64,000 bases of DNA, taken from assembly GCA_012295275.1 (NCBI GenBank), contig CM022672.1, forward strand, positions 24,924,001 through 24,988,000, in the 5' to 3' direction. Below, in pieces: positions 54,274 to 64,000 of the stretch (within the stretch, counting starts at the first letter, position 1; every line of letters starts with the position of its first letter). The position numbers were made by a program, and so were the translations under genes. The stretch comes from Chrysomallon squamiferum (Eukaryota > Animalia > Mollusca). A model generated the notes under the pieces. The model worked only from the letters and a program-made list of their open reading frames with translations. It did not search any database and was not told the DNA's origin.

Positions 54274-54999
54274 GTATATATGAACGTATATATGTATGTA
54301 TGTATGTATATATGTATCTATATATATATATATGTACGTGTTTTTATGTATGTGTACATGTGTATCTGTGTGTGTGTGTGTAACTGTACGTGTGTAGCCT
54401 GTGTGTACGTATAGGTGTATACGTGTGCTGTGTTTGATTTTTTTAAATATGTTTTCTAATTTGTAGGATTTTATATTTCTGCTTTATTTTTAATTATCTT
54501 TTTTATTGACTCAGTGTTTATTTCTTTCACATTTCTGTTTTTTCTTTCTTTTTCTTTTCTTTTATTTTTATTTGTGAACCTGTTTTATCCTTTATTGTCG
54601 CCGTTGTTTATTTTCCTTTATTATTCATTGCTTTCGTTTTGTCTAATACCAAAATACTGAAAGACTCAAGGTAACTCCAGTACTTACATATTAATAATCC
54701 TAAACTGTACGTTGTTTTATATCAGTATTATGTAACACTATTTGAATAAACAATAATAAAACTGAGAAACTACTGTTAAAACGTTTCACGCAAATCAGTT
54801 GTGGTTTTGTGTTGTTGTATCGCCGTTTTAATTAATATTCTAATTAAAGATAACTATCAGCAGACGAGATTCAATTACAGTATGCATTAACTTTAATCTG
54901 CAAAATAGCCATCTGCCATAACATTTACAACCACCCAGTCAGGGAAAAACAGCCACGTGAATAGGTCTGAGATTGTAGTCATAGAGCTCAACATAATAT

Positions 55000-55340
55000 T
55001 TACACACACATACACACATACATACACACACATTCATATACAAACACACAATCAGTCATAAATAAACATATAAACACTTACATAAATACATACATACATA
55101 CATATATGCATACATACATACATACATGCATGCATGCATGCATACATGCATACATACATACATACATATATGCATACATACATACATGCATACATATATA
55201 CATACACACACACACACACACACACATACATACATACATACATACATGCATACATACATACATACATACATACATACATACATACACACACACACATACA
55301 TACATACATACATACATACATACATACATACAAACATACG
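55000..55340. repeat. Compound (TACA)n/(CA)n/(TGCA)n microsatellite
   Basis: Direct reading; explains six overlapping ORFs. Confidence 0.93.
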
Positions 55341-56122
55341 TTCCCAAATATTGTCTATGTGCAGAGTCTAATCAGACATATATAAGACAGAGAATATTCA
55401 AAATCCTAAATTACATACAAATACACACCTACATACAACTATATAGGTTCATGTAGGTATGCCACAGAGACCAGTAAGTTTTTAATGTACAGTTTTCGAG
55501 CCAGCCATTGCAAAACCCTCAAAGTTTCCTTCTGTTTTATCTATCTTATCGTCATCAATTTCAATAAATTACTTTTTCTTCTTGTTGATCTATTCTTCTT
55601 TGTTTTCATTTATTTATTTGTTTATTTATTGAACAATTAAAAAAATACACTTTACTTTGACATTTGTTCAGAGTAATGTTAATATTGCCATTGTATAGAA
55701 CATTGCAACCGTCTACAAAACAAAAACATTTCACTGAAATAATAGTAGCCCTCTGTAAACCCAGTGATGTTTACAAAATTGATATACTAGTATATCATGA
55801 AAAATGTAAAATAAATCTTAAATATTCACGACATCTATAATTTTGTTTATGTTACACAGTTAATGACATTTATAATTGTTTCAGATATTACATTAACATA
55901 GTCGAGAGAAAGCACTAGGTATCTGTAACAAAATGTAATGACGCATTCTCATTACATACGTACGTATGATATCAGATTGCGGTTAATTGCAAAAGTGAAT
56001 TCGAAGAGGAAAAAGTTGTTGTTTTTTGTATTCATATTATATATTTATTTATTTGTTGTTTGTTTTGTTTATTATTATTTTTTCTGTGTTAGACCCCTTA
56101 TTTCTCCCTCCCCCAAACCAAA

Positions 56123-56127
<5 letters not shown>

Positions 56128-56211
<84 letters not shown>
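56128..56211. repeat. (CT)n microsatellite
   Basis: Direct reading; similar tracts at ~14467, ~20918 and ~39734. Confidence 0.95.
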
Positions 56212-56214
<3 letters not shown>

Positions 56215-57224
56215 TTTTATCGTTTCATTTCATATTTTCGTGTTCTCTCTTTCTCTAATACACCCAGTATAAATGCTATTTTACTAACTATTACAAATGT
56301 TTAAAACTGATATCACGTTTAAACTTTTTTCTTTATGTTATCTGAGCGAACTTGTAGTAATATAATACAACTAAAACTTCAAGTAATTTATGTGTTGATT
56401 CAACGAGATCAGTACAATAAAATCTTTATACTGCACAGATGCTGTTAATAAAATATTAATCTGTTGGATTAATTAATAATGGACTATAAATTTGTTCATT
56501 GTTTTCTGTTTCCACTCATCTGAAACATTAAAAGCCTCCATTTAAATTTTTTTTTTTAATGAGGAATCATTCAATGTTTTGTTATGAAAATCAACAATGA
56601 CAAATCAAGGCTTGATTAAGACTGTTTATAACTGTTAACAAGAAAGGAGATAGAAAAGTTATATTTAATGATACTCTCAGTATGTTTGTAATATACAGTT
56701 GTATGACATCATAGGTATGTCAGTGACATCATACACGGTGAAAAGAGAAAATTAGCTGCCGCGATAAGTTACTCTTTTACAAAGAGCAGCAAGAAATCTT
56801 TTCCAGGAAACGACATTTTGTCAAGTAAATCTGTAAAACAATTATTGTTGTTATAAAATGTAAAGTAAATAATAGGTCACTTGAATGTGTCTGTATAAAT
56901 TATTAAAGTTTTATTTTACCTTCTTTATGGAGCACTAGCATAAATAATGTATCTTTGTTATCATCTGAATAATAAAGTAATAAATAATATAACTATACAA
57001 AAAATTCTAATTTTTTCAGTGCATAAAATAAAAAATTTAAACAATATAATTTATGCCAAAGAAAGGCGATTATTTCAACAACAACAACAACAACAACAAC
57101 ACCAACGACAGAAACAAAAAGAAATTAACAAAAAAAAAAAAAAAAAACACTTTAAAGACTTGCTATTTGTTGATTACAGAGACGCGTTAAATAAAACATA
57201 TGCTGAAATTCATTATGTCATTGA

Positions 57225-57430
57225 GTTGCGAGACTTCATGACGTTATCTCATCACGTAATGTCAGTGAGCGGCACGCCATGCTTCAGAAGGGCCTCAATT
57301 CGACATGCACCGAATTAAACTAATCCAGCTGATCCGCTCTTTGCGTCGTTTATGGAACCACATCAATTATGTAACGGCGGTTAGTTGGCGAAGCCGCTGC
57401 ACGATATTATGTAATCACGGTTAGACGGAC
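57225..57430. promoter_or_regulatory. Candidate enhancer with paired PAR-bZIP (D-box-like) sites
   Basis: ATTATGTAAC 57366-57375 and ATTATGTAAT 57406-57415, plus TAATCC 57321 and CAGCTG 57326, in a CpG-rich island. Confidence 0.4.
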
Positions 57431-57459
57431 TAGTTAAATTTTTAACTAAAATATTGATA

Positions 57460-57493
<34 letters not shown>

Positions 57494-57802
57494 CGTCTTG
57501 ATTTTTTCTTAATTTTGTTTACGTCTTGTTTAAATAACAATCATCAACTGTTTATGAGAAATCAGTTTTGGATTATTTTTAGAAGAGTACTGTTTGTTTA
57601 ATGGGGAATGTGGTTGTGTTTTTTTTTTTTTTTTTTTTTACATATTGTTAATGAATTATTAATTTTTTTATTGTTCTTTTTCGTGTTTTTGTTATCTTAG
57701 TTATTGTTCAAGTTGTATTTATTGGCAAAACAAGTTTTTCAAAAGATATACTAAAGTCTTATATTCTGAATTATTTATTTTAATCAATTATTTTATATAT
57801 AA

Positions 57803-57837
<35 letters not shown>

Positions 57838-58101
57838 AAAATTAGTGGCATTATAATTTAGTCAGTGAATGTGTAAAATGCATAGGTTATATAGTTCTGG
57901 TAAGAAATTTAGCTCAAACTGAACCGTTGTAGTTAGAGCAGAAGATAACTTTTCCTATCTGATCTGCGATTTATCGCTAATTATATGTTAAGCAATCCAT
58001 TTTTTTTTTTAAAAAAAAAATAATATTTTAATTCCTTAAATTTTTATTCCTCGCTATTATTATTTCTTTATTCCTTCCATTACAGCTTTCATTCATTCCT
58101 T

Positions 58102-58141
<40 letters not shown>

Positions 58142-59331
58142 AATGATTTCACTGCTCTTTCTTTTTCTTTACCTCGGGAGGAAAGGTTTCGCTTGAAATG
58201 TCCAGAACAAGTAATTTGTGGAGCAATAAAGACCCCCGTTAACTTGCTACGTCTTCTTCGTTGTCGGAGGAGCTCGTCATTCGTCATTAGATGAAACATA
58301 ACCCTTCTAAACATGTGTCTAACAGAGCAAGCCCTTGTCCCAAATGGTGTGTAAGCCAGTTTAAAAGCTGGGCGGTCGGGTGTTTGAGATGAAGCCTGTG
58401 AAAGACAAAACCACGACCCATCTATTATGACTGTCGTCGTTTAGGCTGTCTATCATTTATTCCCAGCATTCCTTTGAAGAAAAAAAAAAATAAAGAAAGG
58501 GAGGGAAGGGGAGCCATGGTTGGTGCGAGTTTTAAGCTCGATGGCCTTGGAAATGGACTCAGCAAAGACAGGACTTGAAGTTGCCACCTGCCCATCTGGG
58601 AACATCACCGTCCGTTATGGCGAGCATTGACAATGATATGAATGGGAGCAAACGAACTTTTATTGATATTTTAGCTCAATTTAAAGATGATATTATCAGC
58701 AAAAGAACTCCAGCTGCAGTTTTCATCAATCTGTTCGACAATCTAACATTTATTATTCAACTTCTGAAAGAATCTCTATTCACGCCATTTTGTTAAGTGT
58801 TGTCGTTAAAGTAATGGACACAGTTTTTCTTTTTCTTTTAAAAATCAGTTAGCATCCATAACTAAAAATCACTCACCCACCCCGCAAAATAGAAAAACAA
58901 AAATTTTAAAATTTTAAAAAAAGATGGAAAAAAAAAAAAGAAAGAAACATCTGTAGTAACTGTAATAATTATTTTTTGTTCAAACTGAGAATTAATCAGA
59001 AATAATTATATCCAGATGAAACAAAAGTAATCATTACATCGGAATGAAACTGGGAAGTAATTTTATAAACTAACAACAGAATAACGCCATTTTTCAACAT
59101 TTATAAAATTGTTGGTGTTAGATAATACAATTATGATTATATGAAAGAAAAAACTCGCTACTAACGTTACATCAATTATTTTACTGATTAACAACAAGGG
59201 ATCATTAATATGCATCTTTAATAATGAAATACTGGCAAATGGTAAATATCTCAGTAGCAGCTTTGGAAGACTCATCCTAGACAAACACTGAGCCATACAC
59301 CGCTCCGTTATCGTAGTAGTAGTAGTAGTAG

Positions 59332-59378
<47 letters not shown>

Positions 59379-59559
59379 GAAGTAGTAGTAGTAGAAATAA
59401 TAATATTAAGAAGAAGAAGAAGAAGCTATTTTACTATAACATACTCAGGCTATTGGCGTGCACATACATCACCCAAAATAACCATAAGCAAGTCTATGAT
59501 ACCACGATAAAATGTGAAATTAATCGATGACTGGAGATGAGCAAGTCTAGATCATGGTG

Positions 59560-59630
59560 AGCTAATCAATCACATGATCCGAGACGAAATTCGAACCCGC
59601 CTGACCCCTGTCACGTGACCCTTGACTAAT
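59560..59630 (-). mobile_element. Short SINE-like remnant related to the 28.5-kb element
   Basis: GACGAAATTCGAACC (59583-59597) resembles GACGAGACTCGAACG (28503-28517); the minus strand reads as B-box GGTTCGAATT. Confidence 0.35.
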
Positions 59631-59750
59631 AGCTGATCATCTTTGATAAAAGACTGAATTTCTTTCTGTGCATGGGTGATTTCTTGTTCCAACCACCACA
59701 AAAACTAAATTAAACTTGAAGAAACCACAATAATTACTGTACAACTTTTT

Positions 59751-59960
59751 GCATTCTATGTATGTGTTCCTGGGAACATTGCTTTCTCAACTGTTACATA
59801 CGTATGTATCTTTAAATGCGTGTAAGTGTTGTTTATTGTGTATGTTTAATTGTGTGTGTATGTGTGTGTGTGTCTACAGCTTTTAGCATTCTGTATATGT
59901 GTTCCTGAGAACATTGCTATAACAACTGTTATATACGTATGTATCTTTAAACGCGTGTGT
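59751..59960. repeat. ~74-bp direct duplication (59751-59824 and 59887-59960)
   Basis: GCATTCT...ATGTGTTCCTG(G/A)GAACATTGCT...CAACTGTTA(C/T)ATACGTATGTATCTTTAAA(T/C)GCGTGT occurs twice. Confidence 0.85.
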
Positions 59961-60418
59961 ATGTGTGTATGTATGTTTATACGTATGAACGTATGTTTAT
60001 ATATTATGAATAAATGTGTGTTTTTATCTGTGTATGTATATGTACAGTGTATTATTATATGCATGTCTGGTATATGTGTAAGGAGTTTTTTAAGGAGGTT
60101 TTTCTTCTATTTTTTTTATATTTTTTTTTTATTCCTGTTGTTCTTATTGTTTTTTTATTGTTTTTATTTTGGTTATTTTATTTAATTATTTATTTTATTT
60201 TTTATTTTTATATTTTTTTTGTTGGGGTTTGTGGAGTTTTTTGTTATATTTGTTTTCTTTGGTATTTTATTTTTATTACTACTTATTTTTATATATACTA
60301 AACAACCTTTATTAAAGATTTTAAATTTATTTATTATGCGTTAAACATTTTTATGTATATTTACATTAATCTACATGCTGTAAGATAGGTAAAGATAAAA
60401 AAAAAAAAAGAAAAAAAA

Positions 60419-60465
<47 letters not shown>

Positions 60466-60780
60466 TATATTAAGTGTAATCCTTCCAAAAATGTAGTTTA
60501 ATATTTACAAAATAATATATATATATATGTGTGTATGTATGTGTATATATATATATGATTATAGTCAATCAAGTTCACAATACTATTTTGTTAATTTTTT
60601 TATCTTAACAGACAAATCCAGGATTACAGAAAAGTGAATATATATATATATTAGTTTCCATAACGACACGAGTTATATTATTATAAAGAATAAGAAAAGC
60701 GAATAAAAATTATCATTGTTTATCTCAACAAAATGAGGGTGGGTTGCCATAGATACATCCCTTTCTGAATGAGTGTTTGT

Positions 60781-60820
<40 letters not shown>

Positions 60821-61266
60821 TGTCTGTGTGTGTGTGTGGTGGTGTGTGTGTGTGTGTCTGTGTGTAATCGCCATTGAAAGAGTTGAAGCCGTTATTTTAT
60901 AATAATCATTCGACATCGTTGTTTCAGCGCCTACGTAACTCTGACAACAGCAACCATCTTGATAATTAAGATGGTGTAATACGTGTACGTGATTAAGTCA
61001 GTATTTCTAATAATTTTAGTATTAAAGTTTGTTGACAAAAGGTATGGTAATAGTATTGATTTTTTAAAAAATAACTAGTAAATAGTGTTAATGTCACTGG
61101 GAAAAACAATCGATGTCATAAGAAAAGTAATTAGTATGTTGCGTTTATTATATTATTATTTAATTCTGTAACTGAAAAAATATATATATATATATTTGAA
61201 AAATAGGGGGAAATTCGATTGAGAGTGAAATTGTCATCATTATTGTCATCGTTGTCATCATCACCT

Positions 61267-61322
<56 letters not shown>

Positions 61323-62363
61323 TCCAACAAACAACAAAACAAAAAACTGCAAAATGCCTTCAACCTGAATCTACCGAATTTTAAAAGCATGATAACACAG
61401 ATTTAAAAAGAAAGACTAAGGGCTAAAAATATCCACCATTTGGAATATTTCATTCATAAAACAACAGACGACATACACACCATTTATCAGTTTTACAAAT
61501 AATTTCAACAGATGACAAAACCTGGATATTCAGTGGACCGAATCGACCTAGTTTTCCGAGTCGTCACGGACAGTGTTATACAAGATCGGCTGTAACTATA
61601 TAAAATTAGAAGCAGTCGAGCCGAATAACGTATATTTCGGCCGACAAAAGAAAGGAACAATTCGTCATTCTCTGCGGGTCGTGGATTTCATTTACATACC
61701 CAGTGTCATTACGCCACAACTCTGGCAATCAAAACACGCGATGACATTCAGTTATTTTGAAAGGTCGTAAAAAAGATAGTTTAATTTACCATGCAGTAAC
61801 TTTAAAAATGTGAAGAACAATTTTTTATTCGAATTTTTGAGGATTTTCTTTTTTCTTAAACAAACTAGTGTATAAATTTTCAAACTGCTGATGAAAAATA
61901 ATTATTTGCCAGGGTAATGCAACATATGTAATATATAATATAATATAATATAATACAAACATAATTTTATTGTAAGTGATATATATCCCATATATCCAGT
62001 CTATCTCAGTCCTTTCCCTGTTAACACTTTCATGAAACAGACATCAGTCATTTCAACAACAAAAAATAAATTAATATAATAAAGAATTGGAGAACTTGCA
62101 GGTCTTTCCATATCCGCTAATAATTAACTGCCAAGCAAGTAATTGATGCCACTGTTAAGTATGAGAGAGAGATGCATGTGTGTGTGTGTTACGTGTGTGT
62201 GTTTGTTTTCGTGTTATGCTGTCAATGCATGACTTGTCAATGCATTACATTAAAAACAATAATAAATAAATGAAAATCATTTTAATATAATAATAATAAT
62301 AATGATGAAATAATAATAATAATTTTAATAATAATAATAATAATAATAATGATAATAATAATA

Positions 62364-62410
<47 letters not shown>

Positions 62411-63134
62411 AATATTATTGTAAAGAAAAAACTAAATAAATAAATAAACAAATAAACAACGGTTCTGCGTTTTCATTTTCTTTTCTTCTTTTTTTTCCCC
62501 TCTTTTTTTTCCCTTTTTTTTTTTTTTTTTTTCGCCAGTGCAGATTGAACATTTTACGTTGTTTTTTGCGTTGCTTCTTATCCAGCGACAAAGAAGCACA
62601 CGCCTGAATGACGCTAAATCCTGCGAGCGCTTGTCCCGATAAACTGATTTGGTCTTAACGTTAATAGGATAACGTACAAACCAATGAATGAAATACACTG
62701 AAAATTCAATGTCTTTATAATAACTGGAACGAATTATCACTGACTGCATGCATTCACTCGCATTTAAGCTTCTTATGTCAAGTTATGTATAAAACATTGT
62801 ATATGAATTGTCAGGTTGAATTTCCCCTGGTTGTAAAGCTTTTAAATGCGAAAATGTTTACTTTAACCTTATTTATTTTCGTTTTTGTTAGTGTTTCAGA
62901 GAATTCATTTTTGATTTATATTTTATGTTTATTTTCGTTTTATCGTATTACTTCTATTTGATTTTGTTTAATTTAATTTTTGTTCAGTATTCTTTTTTTT
63001 TCTTTATATCTCATCTTTATTTTTGTTTTATGTTATTATTTTAATTAAGTTTTAGTTAAGTTCAGTTTTTGCTTAGGTTGTCTTAATATTTTACTTACTT
63101 TAGTTTAGCTTAGTTTAATTATTTGATTATTTGC

Positions 63135-63136
<2 letters not shown>

Positions 63137-63211
<75 letters not shown>
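63137..63211. repeat. (CA)n microsatellite
   Basis: Direct reading. Confidence 0.95.
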
Positions 63212-63213
<2 letters not shown>

Positions 63214-64000
63214 ACTACCATACATACAGACACATAAATATAAAAAAAACTTCTTTTTTTTGGCGAGGACTATTAGTAATTATCTTCTTTTCTATTTCTT
63301 CAATCTCTCCTTATTTTTTTTTTTTTTTCTTCTTCGTTTTCTGTTTCTATTCGCAATCATCCTTCATTATCATCATCATCTTCTTCTTCTTCTTCTTCTT
63401 ATTTTTTTTCCTCCTCTACACAAACTCTGCATGAAGCTGCGGTTAAGGATGGTCCCCAGCTAAACCACAAGTATTTACATGTGACAGACTTCAAGTCCGC
63501 TTCTGAACCCTGATTACGAGGGATCGCGCAGAAACTGTCAGTGGGCTTCTTTAATGTGTCTGTGCGGTTAACCACGAACAGGCGGACAGGTGTGTTGATT
63601 TGTCGTGTTTGTGGCTGCACTGCACGTAAACGTGAATTTGTTAAAGTAAGCATCGATTCGTAATCGTTACAGAAACACGTAGCCATTTCAGCAACTATGA
63701 ACTAACTGTTTTATGGGTTCTTTTTATGGCTTTTTTTTTTTTTAATTTATTTTTATTATTTATTTATTGTTATTATTATTTTTTTTTTTTTTTTTCCCAG
63801 TTGGTTTTATACATATGCATAAAGCATAAATTTATATTTTCATTAACATATACAGTCATGCACACTCACATTCGAACATATGCATACATCAATGTGTGTG
63901 AATGTGTGTGTGAGTGTATATATATATATATAAGTGTGTATACATCTCACTTTTTCTCTCTTATATAGATGTATGTATATGAATACAGAGAGAGAGAGAG

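Overview
Very AT-rich, microsatellite-laden eukaryotic (invertebrate animal, plausibly mollusc/lophotrochozoan; not determinable here) genomic DNA. The first ~12.6 kb is gene-dense and CpG-depleted. It holds the probable 3' end of an unidentified + strand gene (to 223), a minus-strand TMEM250 (C9orf69) orthologue with one coding exon (2519-2929) and, head-to-head with it across a CpG-retaining promoter, a complete 7-exon ACBD6 gene (5527-10579, 249 aa, acyl-CoA-binding domain plus ankyrin repeats). The remaining ~51 kb has no recognisable protein-coding gene. It keeps its CpGs and contains many GC-richer islands with transcription-factor-like motifs (14 CACGTG E-boxes counted by eye between 25.1 and 59.6 kb), a decayed hAT/Buster MITE, tRNA-SINE remnants, minisatellites and a few phase-compatible candidate exons. 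The main inference: in human, TMEM250 lies next to LHX3 and ACBD6 next to LHX4, so this window may preserve the pre-duplication TMEM250-ACBD6-(Lhx3/4) block, with the desert acting as a regulatory landscape. Almost all ORFs in the supplied track beyond 11 kb are simple-repeat artefacts.
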